From Myxococcota bacterium (lineage in GTDB: Bacteria > Myxococcota_A > UBA9160 > UBA6930), in contig OZ245002.1 of assembly GCA_965223415.1 (NCBI GenBank), positions 4,960,001 to 5,024,000 of the forward strand: a stretch of DNA of 64,000 bases. The letters run 5' to 3'. The position numbers and the translations under genes were made by a program. The first letter of the stretch is position 1. The number at the start of each line of letters is the position of its first letter. Below are positions 1-10,226 of the stretch, piece by piece. The notes under the pieces were generated by a model. The model was not told the DNA's origin and made no database searches. It was given only the letters and a program-made list of their open reading frames with translations.

Positions 1-346
1 GGCGTTCGATCGAGACGATGTGGGCCGCCAGCCTGGCGAGGATCGCCGCCTGGTAGCCGGAGCCGGTGCCGACCTCGAGAACCGTCTCCTCGCCGCCGAG
101 CTCGAGGGCCTCGGACATGGCGGCGACGATGCCCGGGGCCGAGATGGTCTGACGCTCGCCGATCGGCAGGGCCACGTCCTGATAGGCGCGCTCGCGAAGG
201 GCCTCGTCCACGAGCAGGTGGCGCGGTACCGAAGCCACTGCATCGAGCACCCGCGTATCGCGCACCCCGTGCTCCCGTAGACGCTCGCGCAGCCGGCGCC
301 GCGCACCGGCCCAGTCGCCCGCTCCCTCACGGCGCGCCGCCCCCAT
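1..346 (-). CDS. pcm: Protein-L-isoaspartate O-methyltransferase, runs off the window edge
   Basis: Manual translation from ATG 346: ...[19 protein letters not shown]...[25 protein letters not shown]...[18 protein letters not shown], typical PIMT motifs. Not in the ORF track. Confidence 0.92.
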   Translation of the reverse strand, partial: MGAARREGAGDWAGARRRLRERLREHGVRDTRVLDAVASVPRHLLVDEALRERAYQDVALPIGERQTISAPGIVAAMSEALELGGEETVLEVGTGSGYQAAILARLAAHIVSIER

Positions 347-417
347 CGCGGCAGGCTAGCGAAGTGGGCACCGGCGGGCCGAGGCGGGCTCACGGCGGTT
401 CGCGTAGGCTCGGCGGC

Positions 418-2406
418 GTGTCGAGGGGCAGCGGCGCGAGGAAGCGGAGTCGTCAGGGGGAGCGGCTCGCAGCGGCGCTCGCCTGCGTGTGGGCGCTTGC
501 CTGCTCGCCCCCGCTCCCGCCGCCGCCCGCGCCCGGCCCCGCGGCCGGCTGGCCGACCTGGGGCGGGCCGCCGGGGGGCACCCGCTACTCGCCCCTCGAC
601 CAGATCCGTCCCGAGAACGTGCACCGGCTCGAGCTCGCCTGGAGCGTGCGCACCGGCGACTACGATCCCAGCGGCACCGTGCGCAGCTCCTTCCAGGCCA
701 CGCCGATCCTCATGGACGACGCCCTCCTCCTCTGCACCCCCTTCAACCGGGTGCTGGCCGTGGATGCGGAGACCGGCGAGATCCGGTGGAGCTTCGACCC
801 GGAGGTCTCGCGGGAGGGTCGCTCCGGTCGCACCTGCCGCGGCGTCGCGGCATGGAGCGGCGAAGGTGCTTCCGGCGCCTGCACGAGGCGCGTCTTCACG
901 GGAACCATGGACGCGCGACTCATCGCCCTGGACGTCGCCACCGGGAAGCCCTGCCGGGATTTCGGGCGGGACGGAGAGATCGACCTCACGGGACACCTGG
1001 GCGACGTTCGTCCCTGGGAGGTGCAGGTGACCTCGCCGCCGGCGGTCCTGGGAGACGTGGTGGCGGTGGGCACCGCCGTCGCCGACAACCGGCGCGCCGA
1101 CGCTCCCGGCGGCGTGGTCCGCGGCTATGACGTGCGCAGCGGCGCCTTGCGCTGGGCCTTCGATCCGGCGCCTCCCGGCGCCGCCCCTCCACCGCGGGAC
1201 GACGGTGCCCGCTACCACCGTGGCACGCCGAACGCGTGGAGCGTCCTCTCGGCCGATCCGGAGCGCGGGCTCCTGTACGTGCCGACGGGCAACCCCAGCA
1301 ACGACTTCCATCGCGGAGGCCGCGGCGCCATCGACCACTATGGAAGCTCCGTCGTCGCCCTGGACGCCGCGACCGGAACCGTCCGCTGGCACTTCCAGAC
1401 CGTGCACCACGACCTCTGGGACTACGACGTCGCCTCCCAGCCGAGCCTGGTGGGCCTGCGGAGCGCAGGAGAGACCCGCGCGGCGGTCGTGCAGCCCACG
1501 AAGGTCGGCCACCTGTTCCTGCTCGATCCCGCCACCGGCGAGCCGCTCTACCCGGTGGAGGAGCGGCCGGTCGCGCGCTCCGACGTTCCGGGCGAGGAGA
1601 GCGCTGCCACCCAGCCGTTCCCGACGCATCCCCCGCCGCTCCACCCCTCGGGCCTCGACCCCGCGGACGTCTGGGGGCTTACGCCCTTCGACCGCGCGGC
1701 CTGCCGCCGGCAGCTCGACGGCCTGCGCAACGAGGGCCCGTTCACGCCGCCGAGCCTCCAGGGCTCGATCCAATACCCGAGCGTGGCCGGCGGCGCGAAC
1801 TGGGGAAGCGGCGCCTTCGATCCGGCGTCGCAGCTCTTCGTCCTGCTGCAGACCCGCCTGGCGAACGTCCAGCGCCTGATTCCCGCGGACGAGCTGGCCA
1901 CCACCGCGTCCCGCCCGCCGCGGGAGATCCTCTTTCCCCAACGCGGCGCGCCTTACGGCCTGCTGCAGGGGGTGTTCGTCTCACCTCTCGGCATCCCCTG
2001 CACACCGCCTCCCTGGGCCACCCTCACGGCGGTGGACCTCGTGAGCGGCGAGACCCGTTGGGAGATCCCGTTCGGCACGACGCGGACCCAGGCGCCGTGG
2101 CCGTTCTGGCTCGGCTGGGGCATCCCGGGTATGGGCGGACCGATCGTGACCGGCGGAGGCCTGGTCTTCATCGGCGCCGCCATGGACGGTGGCTTCCGCG
2201 CCCTCGATCTGGCCACCGGCCGGGAGCTCTGGCGAACCTGGCTCCCCGCTGGCGGCCAGGCGACGCCCATGACCTATCGGGTGCGCGACGGAGGCCGCCA
2301 GCGGGTCGTGATTGCCGCCGGGGGGCACAGCACGCTGGGCACGAAGCGGGGCGACTGGCTGTTGGCGTTCGCGCTGCCGGAGCCCGCCTCGTCGGACGGC
2401 CCCTAG
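418..2406 (+). CDS. PQQ-dependent dehydrogenase (glucose/quinate/shikimate family), probable lipoprotein
   Basis: RYSPLDQI, FQATP, WHFQTVHHDLWDYDVASQP, GGANWG and GGQATPMTY motifs; WALAC lipobox-like. Start uncertain (ORF opens at 364; GTG 418 chosen). Confidence 0.88.
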   Translation: MSRGSGARKRSRQGERLAAALACVWALACSPPLPPPPAPGPAAGWPTWGGPPGGTRYSPLDQIRPENVHRLELAWSVRTGDYDPSGTVRSSFQATPILMDDALLLCTPFNRVLAVDAETGEIRWSFDPEVSREGRSGRTCRGVAAWSGEGASGACTRRVFTGTMDARLIALDVATGKPCRDFGRDGEIDLTGHLGDVRPWEVQVTSPPAVLGDVVAVGTAVADNRRADAPGGVVRGYDVRSGALRWAFDPAPPGAAPPPRDDGARYHRGTPNAWSVLSADPERGLLYVPTGNPSNDFHRGGRGAIDHYGSSVVALDAATGTVRWHFQTVHHDLWDYDVASQPSLVGLRSAGETRAAVVQPTKVGHLFLLDPATGEPLYPVEERPVARSDVPGEESAATQPFPTHPPPLHPSGLDPADVWGLTPFDRAACRRQLDGLRNEGPFTPPSLQGSIQYPSVAGGANWGSGAFDPASQLFVLLQTRLANVQRLIPADELATTASRPPREILFPQRGAPYGLLQGVFVSPLGIPCTPPPWATLTAVDLVSGETRWEIPFGTTRTQAPWPFWLGWGIPGMGGPIVTGGGLVFIGAAMDGGFRALDLATGRELWRTWLPAGGQATPMTYRVRDGGRQRVVIAAGGHSTLGTKRGDWLLAFALPEPASSDGP

Positions 2407-2410
2407 CTTA

Positions 2411-4069
2411 CTTCCCGTCCGAGAAGAGCCGTTCGTCGGCCTCTTAGTGGATCGTTGGCGGTCTTCGCGGGCGTTGAGAGTAGCGATGTCACAGCAGTCC
2501 CGGAGCCGTCGGGGTGAGTGAGCGACCGTGTTCCGATGCGCGGGCGCACGTGTCCACCGACCGAACCACTCTCAGGGGTTCAGGCGAACTCGCGAGTCAG
2601 CAGGTGGCGGGCCAAGGCGACGAGGTTGAAGCTCGTCACACTGGCCCAGACATAGGCCTTGAAGGACGCCAGGCCCCGCCAGGTGCATCGGTCCATCTGG
2701 AACGCTCGCTTGAGCGTCGAGATCACGCCCTCGATCCCCGAGCGGAAGTCACGAAGGCGCCGGAAGACCCAGGCGCTGCGCACCATCTCGTGGACCTCGA
2801 GTCCGCTCTTCTTGTTGAAGGCCATGTCTTCCACGCCGAGCGCCTTGGCCTTGGCAACGTTGTCCATGGACGCGAAGCCTCCGTCCATCGCCACTTGGCG
2901 GGGTGCCTTGCCGAAGAGATCTGCATGGCGCTCGAGCGTACGTTCGACCAGCGTCGAGTCCGTAGGGTTTCCTTCCTCGATGACACAGTCGAGGACGAGT
3001 GACGACCTGCCGCCAGTCAGACAGACCTTGTGACCGTAGTAGGTGCCTCGATTGTCCTTCACGAGGATGTCCGAGTGCGGCTCGAAGATCGACACGATCT
3101 TCTCGGCTGCAGGGACGCGCTCGCCTTCGAGGACACGGCGACGGCTCTGATCGATGACGCGCTCGACGAGGGGAAGCACCGCGAGGAGCTCTTCGCGAAG
3201 CGGCGTCGTGTCTTCGACTCGGGCGACCCTCTCCGCGACGCTACGGGCCGCTTGGCAGACCTCTTCCGTGGCCCGGATCATGCACCGATAGCTCGCGACC
3301 AGGTTGATCGACCGCCGGTGGAACTTGATCGCGTAGGCGCGTCGCTTCACGCAACGACGACGATCCGGGAACATCTTGCGCAGCGAAGGGCGTTGCTTCG
3401 CCATCCTTCGCAAAATCCGCGTCATCACCCGAACGCTGTCCCAGAGCAGGGCCGAGTCGGCGGGCTCGTGGATGTTCGCCTCGACGACCGTCGTATCCGC
3501 CCGAATCGTCTCGCCTCGTTCGATTCCTTCCCGGCGAGCCAGGCCGATCAACGCACGGTGGATGGCTTCCCACGTCTCGGGCCGGATCCGTTTGACGTTG
3601 TCCTGAAGGGTCTGGAAGCGGGGCCAGTCACCGAGCCCGAGTCCTACGAAGCTGCGGAAGGCGGCCGAGTCCTGGAGGTGAAACTCCAACTCCCGGTAGC
3701 TCAGCCCGTGGATCTGCTTGAGTAGGGCGATTCGAAGGACCTGATCGCCGCTGAGGCCCCGACGGCCGGTATCGGCGCGACGTTCCCCGATCAGATCTCC
3801 GTGCACAACAGCACCCAAGCGCGGATCCGCCCCGAGGATCCTGGCGATCATCTGCAGCTCTCGGGTATGTTGATGCGGACCCCATGTGGGCGTGAGTGAG
3901 AGCTGAGTTTCTCGGAATCGGCGCATCGCTTCACCCCCCGGTTGGCGAATTGCTGTGTATGTTCGGTAGGTTGGCACCACCTAACATACACCAATCGAAA
4001 CTCGATCGGGAGGCGCGTTTGCGCCAATTCCTTTTCTTCTCAGTGACTTACGAGTTCTTGGACGGGAAG
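2411..4069 (-). mobile_element. Complete IS element, 1659 bp, ISNCY (ISDol1-like)
   Basis: Terminal IRs CTTCCCGTCCGAGAA (from 2411) and TTCTTGGACGGGAAG (to 4069); 7-bp direct repeat TAGCTTA at 2404-2410 and 4070-4076. Confidence 0.9.
2580..3980 (-). CDS. DDE transposase (ISNCY/IS5-like)
   Basis: IRADTTVVEANI, VAMDGGF and FRSGIEGVISTLKR supply D-D-E; KIVSIFEPHSDI motif. The real start may be the downstream ATG (MRRFRETQ). Confidence 0.9.
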   Translation of the reverse strand: MVPTYRTYTAIRQPGGEAMRRFRETQLSLTPTWGPHQHTRELQMIARILGADPRLGAVVHGDLIGERRADTGRRGLSGDQVLRIALLKQIHGLSYRELEFHLQDSAAFRSFVGLGLGDWPRFQTLQDNVKRIRPETWEAIHRALIGLARREGIERGETIRADTTVVEANIHEPADSALLWDSVRVMTRILRRMAKQRPSLRKMFPDRRRCVKRRAYAIKFHRRSINLVASYRCMIRATEEVCQAARSVAERVARVEDTTPLREELLAVLPLVERVIDQSRRRVLEGERVPAAEKIVSIFEPHSDILVKDNRGTYYGHKVCLTGGRSSLVLDCVIEEGNPTDSTLVERTLERHADLFGKAPRQVAMDGGFASMDNVAKAKALGVEDMAFNKKSGLEVHEMVRSAWVFRRLRDFRSGIEGVISTLKRAFQMDRCTWRGLASFKAYVWASVTSFNLVALARHLLTREFA

Positions 4070-4096
4070 TAGCTTAGGGACGCCCGACCCCGCCGG

Positions 4097-4126
4097 TTGA
4101 CACCCGTTCTCCGCCGCCGATACGCT
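4097..4126 (+). promoter_or_regulatory. Sigma70-type promoter for the hydantoinase operon
   Basis: TTGACA (4097-4102), 18-nt spacer, TACGCT (4121-4126). Confidence 0.6.
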
Positions 4127-4132
4127 CGGCGG

Positions 4133-4155
4133 GGATCTGACGGACCGTCAGATCC
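4133..4155. promoter_or_regulatory. Perfect inverted repeat, probable repressor operator
   Basis: GGATCTGACGG-A-CCGTCAGATCC at the predicted TSS, upstream of the RBS AGGAG. Confidence 0.65.
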
Positions 4156-4170
4156 ATTCCAGGAGCCGCC

Positions 4171-5991
4171 GTGAGCTACGAGGTGAACCGCCGCCTGGTG
4201 GCGCCGCGCCCGCCGCTGCCGACGGGCGCCGAGCTGGACCCGGTGACCGCCGGCATCGTCCGCGGCGCCCTGGAGACGACGTGCTACGAGGTGGCGACCC
4301 ACCTCGGGCGCTGCGCGTCGTCGGCCATCATCAATCAGTCGAACGAGCGCAACGGCAGCGTGATCGACGGCCACGGGCGCCTGGCCGCCGTGTCCGTCGG
4401 CATTCCCCAGCTCCTGTTCATCTCTCCGCTCACCGTTCGCTACGGGCTCGAGAACCGGGTGCCGGACGACTGGGGGCCGGGCGACGTCTTCGTCGGCAAC
4501 GACCCGGAGCACGGCGGCGGCCATCTTCCGGACTACAACGTCTACGCCCCCTGTTTCGACGCCGACGGCGAGATCGTCGCCATCCAGGCGCTGCAGGCTC
4601 ACCAGGGCGACACCGGCGGCAAGGACCCGGGTGGCTTCTCGGTGGACGCCACGGAGCTGTACGCCGAGGGCTTGATCGTTCCCTGCGTGAAGCTCGTCCA
4701 CCGCGGCGAGCGTCGGCGGGACATCCTCGAGCTGCTGGTCCGCAACAATCGCATGCCGTCCTTTGCCGGGGACCTGGCGGCGATGATCTCGGCGGTCGAG
4801 CTCGGCGTGGCGCGGATCGGCGAGCTCGTGGACTGGCACGGCGCCGACGGCGTCCGGGCGGCGCTCAACTGGAACATCGCGGAGGCCGAGCGCCGCTTCC
4901 GCGCCGAGGTGGAGCGCTGGCCAGACGGGGTCTACGAAGCCGACGTCTTCATCGACCACGACACGGTCGGCCACCGCGATGTGCGCGTGCACGTGAGCTG
5001 CCGGGTCGAGGGCGATCGCCTCACCGTCGACATGACCGGGAGCGACGAACGCCCGGAGCTGGTCTGTGTCTGGAACACCTTCTCCAACACCCGCGGCTAT
5101 GCCATGGCCCAGCTCGCCTCGATGGTGGATCCGACCATCCCGAAGAACGAGGGGCTCTTCGACGCGGTGGAGATGATCATTCCCGAGGGCTCGATCCTGC
5201 AACCGCCGCCGGGCAAGCCGGTGGCCCTGGGTGCGTTCCATCCGGCGGTGGAGGTGGGCGAGGCCATCTGTGTGGCGCTCTCGAAGATCCTGCCGGAGCG
5301 CTCCTCGCCCCAGGTCTACAAGCTCGGGATGCCGCCGGCGGTGGTGGGCTTCGACGACGATGGCCAGATGTGGATGGACCAGGGCGTCGACGTGCGCGCC
5401 TCGGATGCCTCGGCCGCCCAGGGCGTCGACGGCTGGGGCGCCCTGTGCAGCGGGCTCGGCAACCTCATCTTGGCCACCGCCGAGGAGGCGGAGAGCCGCT
5501 TCCCGGTGCTGAACCTCTCCCGGGAGCTTACGCCGGACACCGGCGGTGCCGGCCGTTGGCGGGGGCAGCCGGGCACCGAGAACGTGAAGCAAGTGCACGA
5601 GCCCTCGAACGCCGCCGCGTGGATGGTGTCCCAGCGCCATCCGCTCCGCGGCCTGTGCGGCGGAGACGACGCCGCGCCCTACCGCAACCGCTTCCTCGTC
5701 GGTACGCCCGACGAGTACGAGATCGAGGGCTCGGTCCAGGCCCAGCTGCCCGCAGACGCGGTGATCGCCTACCAGTACGGAGGGGGCGGAGGCTTCGGCC
5801 CCGCCCTCGAGCGGGATCCCGGTGCGGTGCGGGAGGACGTGCTCGACGAGTACGTGAGCCGCGAGGCGGCCCGGGATCGCTACGGCGTCGTGTTCACCGG
5901 CGAGGTGGAGGACGAGAGCCTGGCCGTCGACGAAGCCGCCACCCGGGCGCTGCGCGAGCGCCTCCGCACCGAGCGGGAGCGGACGGCTTGA
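4171..5991 (+). CDS. Hydantoinase B/5-oxoprolinase family subunit
   Basis: NDPEHGGGHLPD, AHQGDTGG, DTGGAGRWRG, GGGGGFGPALERDP and DVLDEYVSREAA motifs. Confidence 0.9.
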   Translation: MSYEVNRRLVAPRPPLPTGAELDPVTAGIVRGALETTCYEVATHLGRCASSAIINQSNERNGSVIDGHGRLAAVSVGIPQLLFISPLTVRYGLENRVPDDWGPGDVFVGNDPEHGGGHLPDYNVYAPCFDADGEIVAIQALQAHQGDTGGKDPGGFSVDATELYAEGLIVPCVKLVHRGERRRDILELLVRNNRMPSFAGDLAAMISAVELGVARIGELVDWHGADGVRAALNWNIAEAERRFRAEVERWPDGVYEADVFIDHDTVGHRDVRVHVSCRVEGDRLTVDMTGSDERPELVCVWNTFSNTRGYAMAQLASMVDPTIPKNEGLFDAVEMIIPEGSILQPPPGKPVALGAFHPAVEVGEAICVALSKILPERSSPQVYKLGMPPAVVGFDDDGQMWMDQGVDVRASDASAAQGVDGWGALCSGLGNLILATAEEAESRFPVLNLSRELTPDTGGAGRWRGQPGTENVKQVHEPSNAAAWMVSQRHPLRGLCGGDDAAPYRNRFLVGTPDEYEIEGSVQAQLPADAVIAYQYGGGGGFGPALERDPGAVREDVLDEYVSREAARDRYGVVFTGEVEDESLAVDEAATRALRERLRTERERTA

Positions 5992-8072
5992 GCTGGCGGC
6001 TCGGCATCGACATCGGCGGCACCTTCACGGACTTCGCGCTGCTGAAGGACGACGGTGTCGTGGTGCTCGACAAGACCCTCTCCACCCCCGACGACCGATC
6101 GCTGGCCGTGATGGAGGGCATCGAAAGCCTCGCCGCACACGAGGGCCTCGAGGTGCGCGGCCTGCTCGCGCGCCTCGATGCGATCGTCCACGGCACGACC
6201 GTCGCCGACAACACCCTGATCGAGATGAACGGCGCCCGCACGGGCCTGCTCACGACCGAGGGCTTTCGCGACGAGCTCGAGCTGCGCCGCGGCTACAAGG
6301 AGGACATCTGGGACGTACGGCTCCCGCCGCCGCCGGCCATCGTGCCGCGCCGCCGCCGCCGCACCGTCCCCGAGCGCATCCGCTTCGACGGGAGCGTGCA
6401 CCGGCCCCTCGACGAGACCGCTGCTCGGGAGGCCATCGAGCGGCTGCGCCGCCAGGGCGTGGAGTCGGTGGCGGTCTGCACCCTCTTCTCCTTCGTGAAC
6501 CCGGTCCACGAGCTGCGCCTGGCCGAGCTACTGGCTGAGGCCTTGCCCGGCATCCCGGTCTCCCTCTCCCACCAGGTCCTTCCCAAGGCGCCGGAGTTCG
6601 AGCGCACCAGCACCACCGTGGTGAACGCCTATGTGGGGCCGCGGGTCACCGGGTACCTGGACCGCCTGAATGAGCGGCTCCGGGAAGCGGGCTACGCCCG
6701 GGAGCTCCTGGTGATGCAGTCGAGCGGTGGCGTCATGACCCGCGCCTACCTTCGCCAGGCGCCGGTGCGGGTGCTGGCCTCGGGCCCCGCCGGCGGTGTG
6801 ATCGGCAGCGCCCGGGCTGGCGTCGCGAAGGGGGAGCCCGACCTCCTGTGCGTCGACATGGGCGGGACCAGCTACGACGTGTCGCTCGTGCGCGGTGGCA
6901 CGGCGCCGGCGGAGACCGGCTGGAACTGGCACCACCGTTACGTGATCGGGCTCCCGATGGTCAACGTCGAGACGCTCGGGGCCGGCGGGGGCTCCCTGTG
7001 CCACGTGCACGAGGGTCGGCTGGTGGTGGGCCCGGAGAGCGCCGGCGCCGACCCGGGCCCGGTCTGCTACGGCCGCGGCGGCGACCGACCCACGGTGACC
7101 GACGCGAACCTCGTGCTGGGCCTTCTCTCGGAGGAGAGCCTCTTCGCCGGCGGCCGATTCGCCCTGACCCGCGACGGAGTCGACGAGGCCTTTCGCCGAC
7201 ACGTGGCCGAGCCCCTGGGCTGCAGCGTCGAGGAGGCGGCCTTCGACGGCTGGCGCGTGGTGAACGCGAACATGACCCAGGCGGTGCGCCGCCTCACCGC
7301 CGAGCGCGGCACGGATCCGCGCGGCCTCACCCTTCTGGCCTACGGCGGCAACGGGCCGCTGTTCGCCGCCGCCCAGGCCCGGGAGCTGGGCATCACGCAG
7401 GTGCTGGTGCCGCGCAGCTCGCCGGCGTTCTCGGCACTCGGCGCCCTGGCCGCGCGGCCGGGGCTCGACGAGGAACGGTCCTTCCTCGTCCCCGCCGGCC
7501 AGGCGGATCCCGCACGCCTGCGCACGCTCTGGGAGGAGCTCCACGTCGAGGCCCTCCGCCAGCTCGAGGCCGCCGGCTTCGGCCCGGACGCCTGCCTCTC
7601 GCGCCTGCAGCTGAACCTCCGCTATCCGGGGCAGAACTGGTCGCTCACCGTCGACGCCCACGAGGCCCAGGGCCCGGTCGATTGGCGCTTCGCGGACGAG
7701 GGCCTCCTGCCCGAGACGATCGAGCGCTTCCATCGCCGGCACGAAGCGGAGTACGGCCATCGCCGTGCGGCGGAGGAGCCGGAGATCACGGGCGTGCGGT
7801 TGCTCACCAGCGCGCCGGTTCGAGAGCCTCCCTTCGCCGGGGGCTTCGAGGCGGCGCTCCGGGACGCAAAGCCCGCCGGGCGACGCCGCGCCCATCTCGG
7901 CCGCGGCTTCGAGGACACCGACGTCTTCCATGGGCCCGATCTCCGCCCCGGAGATCGCATTGCGGGCCCCGCGCTGGTCGAGGAGAGCTTCACGACGGTG
8001 GCGATCCCTCCGGGCTGGCAGGTACGGGTCGACGACGCCGGAGATCTGCAGCTCTCCGCCGTGCCGTCCTAG
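5988..8072 (+). CDS. Hydantoinase A/5-oxoprolinase family subunit
   Basis: TTG start overlaps the upstream TGA; GIDIGGTFTD, HGTTVADN, SGPAGG, DMGGTSYD, GAGGGS and PTVTDAN motifs. Confidence 0.92.
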   Translation: MSWRLGIDIGGTFTDFALLKDDGVVVLDKTLSTPDDRSLAVMEGIESLAAHEGLEVRGLLARLDAIVHGTTVADNTLIEMNGARTGLLTTEGFRDELELRRGYKEDIWDVRLPPPPAIVPRRRRRTVPERIRFDGSVHRPLDETAAREAIERLRRQGVESVAVCTLFSFVNPVHELRLAELLAEALPGIPVSLSHQVLPKAPEFERTSTTVVNAYVGPRVTGYLDRLNERLREAGYARELLVMQSSGGVMTRAYLRQAPVRVLASGPAGGVIGSARAGVAKGEPDLLCVDMGGTSYDVSLVRGGTAPAETGWNWHHRYVIGLPMVNVETLGAGGGSLCHVHEGRLVVGPESAGADPGPVCYGRGGDRPTVTDANLVLGLLSEESLFAGGRFALTRDGVDEAFRRHVAEPLGCSVEEAAFDGWRVVNANMTQAVRRLTAERGTDPRGLTLLAYGGNGPLFAAAQARELGITQVLVPRSSPAFSALGALAARPGLDEERSFLVPAGQADPARLRTLWEELHVEALRQLEAAGFGPDACLSRLQLNLRYPGQNWSLTVDAHEAQGPVDWRFADEGLLPETIERFHRRHEAEYGHRRAAEEPEITGVRLLTSAPVREPPFAGGFEAALRDAKPAGRRRAHLGRGFEDTDVFHGPDLRPGDRIAGPALVEESFTTVAIPPGWQVRVDDAGDLQLSAVPS

Positions 8073-8233
8073 TGGACTAGACTCGCCGCCAACCGGGACG
8101 CGAGGGGCACCGCCGCCGCCGTTCGACCTCGAGCGACTTCGAGAGAAGGCTGGGAATCGCTCGAAAAAGAGAGGAAAAGTGGCTGCGGCCGCGCTGCCGC
8201 CACAATAGGGCCGGCACCGGCCCGGGGGGATCG

Positions 8234-9688
8234 ATGGGCGACGAGCAACGAGCGGGTGTGCAGTTCCGGGGCGGGCGCGGCGGTGCCGCCCTCCTCTACC
8301 GCCAGCTGCGCGGCCAGGCCGAGCGGGATCCCGCCGCCTACGCCGGCGCGCTTCCCGAGGAGCTGCGGCCGTTCCGGCGCGGCTATGGCGAAGCGTTGGT
8401 TCGCTTCGAGGCGGCCCGCGCTGCTCACCCGCAGCGCGGCCAGCACGCGGTCGCGCTGGCGGCGGCGACCGCCGCGGACATGGCGTTCGTGGACGATGCG
8501 GGCGAGCGCCCGCTGGCCGAGGCGCTTGCGGGGGCGAGCCCGCTCGTGCTCGAGCACCGGCGCTTTGCCGGAGCGGGCGGCCTGGCCCCCGCGCTTCCGG
8601 AGCCCGTGCCCGCAGAGGGGCCCGGCTCCTTCGACGCGGCGACGGGGAGACTCCTCGCGGACGGTCGGCTCACCGCCGCCGCCGCCCGGGCACTCGGCTG
8701 GATCTGCGAGCGGGCCCGCCGCGAGGGCGGAGAGATCGACCTGCGCGGCACGTCGTTCGCCATCCTCGGTGCCGCCGCCGAGCTGGCTCCCACCCTGCTC
8801 CTGCTGGAAGCCGGTGCCCGGGTGCTGTGGATCGATCGCGTTCCGCCGCCGGAAGGGCTCGAGAAGCAGAGCGAGCTGTCCGGCGAGCTGTGGTGGGCGC
8901 CGGAAGGCGCCGACCTCCTGGCGCGGCCCGGGGAGATCGCCGCCACCCTCGAGGCCTTCGCCGGCACCGGGCCCCTGCACCTCGGGCTGTACGCCTACGC
9001 GCCCGGCGCCGCCCGCGAGTGGCGCCTGACCCACGCCATGAACGCGATTGCCCGGGCGGTCGCCTCCCGGCTCGCATCGGTCTCGCTGCTCGTCTCGCCC
9101 ACCACACCCGTGGTGCTGGAGCCCGAGGATCGGGAGGCTTCGACGCGGCGGCGCGAGAGGCGGCCGGCCTGGCAGGCCGCCCTCGACCGCCTGGCGCGCT
9201 TCCCGGCCGGTGCGGTGGAGCACGGCCCGGCGGCGGTCGCCCGTTCGATCGTCTCGATCCAGGGCGCCTCCTACCAGGCGGCCCAGTACCTGGGCAAGCG
9301 CATCACCGCCGAGGCCTGGCTCGCGGAGGGGATCGAAGGCCAGCGGGTCACGGTCTCGGCCAACGTCGCCCCGATCAGCCGCACCCGCTCCCTCTCCCAT
9401 CCGGTGTTCGAGGCGGCCTTCGGTGGCGCCCGGGCCTTCGGCGTGGAGACCTACCCCCCGCCCTTCACCCGCTCGCTGATGGGCTGGCTGATGCTCCACG
9501 ACCTCCTGAACCCCGAAGCCCCCGGCGCCGCCGCTCCCGTCGCCGAGCGCGCCCCCCTGGCGGGGGCCCAGCAGGTCCACGGTGGCCTCCTCAGCCTGCC
9601 CTACGCGCTGGATCCCGCCCTTCGCTTCGCCGCGATCATCGGCTTCGCCCGCCGTCCCGGACTGGCCATGCGCCTCCTGCGCCGCTGA
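8234..9688 (+). CDS. Conserved hypothetical protein with a degenerate Rossmann/SDR-like region
   Basis: ILGAAAELAP, QGASYQAAQY, VSANVAPISRTRS and LMGWLMLHDL resemble an uncharacterised family recalled from Actinobacteria. Confidence 0.6.
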   Translation: MGDEQRAGVQFRGGRGGAALLYRQLRGQAERDPAAYAGALPEELRPFRRGYGEALVRFEAARAAHPQRGQHAVALAAATAADMAFVDDAGERPLAEALAGASPLVLEHRRFAGAGGLAPALPEPVPAEGPGSFDAATGRLLADGRLTAAAARALGWICERARREGGEIDLRGTSFAILGAAAELAPTLLLLEAGARVLWIDRVPPPEGLEKQSELSGELWWAPEGADLLARPGEIAATLEAFAGTGPLHLGLYAYAPGAAREWRLTHAMNAIARAVASRLASVSLLVSPTTPVVLEPEDREASTRRRERRPAWQAALDRLARFPAGAVEHGPAAVARSIVSIQGASYQAAQYLGKRITAEAWLAEGIEGQRVTVSANVAPISRTRSLSHPVFEAAFGGARAFGVETYPPPFTRSLMGWLMLHDLLNPEAPGAAAPVAERAPLAGAQQVHGGLLSLPYALDPALRFAAIIGFARRPGLAMRLLRR

Positions 9689-9725
9689 GTCCGGTATCCT
9701 GCCCACCCCGCGACAAGGAGACGCC

Positions 9726-10184
9726 ATGATCCTCGGAGTCCACCACCCCGCCCTCGCCGTCCCGGACATCGAAGCCGCCCTTCGCTTCTACTGCGATGTG
9801 GTGGGCTTCCAGGTGGTGATGGACGCCGAGATCCCCTCCGGCATCCCGCCCATGGACCAGGCCTTCGGCGTGGACGACGCCGGCTGCAAGGTACGCATGA
9901 TCCGCAAGGGCAACTCCTGCATCGAGCTCTTCGAGTTCAACACGCCGGAGGGGGGCGATACCAAGCGGCCCGTGAACCGGGCCGGGATCACTCACATCTG
10001 CCTCGCCACGGACGACTACGCTGCTGACTACGACCACCTCGCGGGCCACGGCGTCGTCTTCAACACGCCGGCGATGGGCGAGCCGGGCACGCGCTGGGCC
10101 TATGGTCGGGATCCGTTCGGAAACGTCCTGGAGCTGCTGGAGCACGCGCCGGAGGGTCCCACCTCCCTCCGCTTCGACGAATAG
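9726..10184 (+). CDS. VOC/glyoxalase family protein
   Basis: GVHHPALAVPD, IELFEF, THICL and YGRDPFGNVLELLE; RBS AAGGAG. Confidence 0.88.
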   Translation: MILGVHHPALAVPDIEAALRFYCDVVGFQVVMDAEIPSGIPPMDQAFGVDDAGCKVRMIRKGNSCIELFEFNTPEGGDTKRPVNRAGITHICLATDDYAADYDHLAGHGVVFNTPAMGEPGTRWAYGRDPFGNVLELLEHAPEGPTSLRFDE

Positions 10185-10226
10185 GCTGGGCCGAATCCTC
10201 GCCGGCGCACCGGCATCCCCCCCACG

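Noticed and set aside
4281..8072. 1263-aa ORF as a fused hydantoinase
   Set aside because: The first ~570 aa are an off-frame shadow of the B subunit; A-subunit motifs start at TTG 5988.
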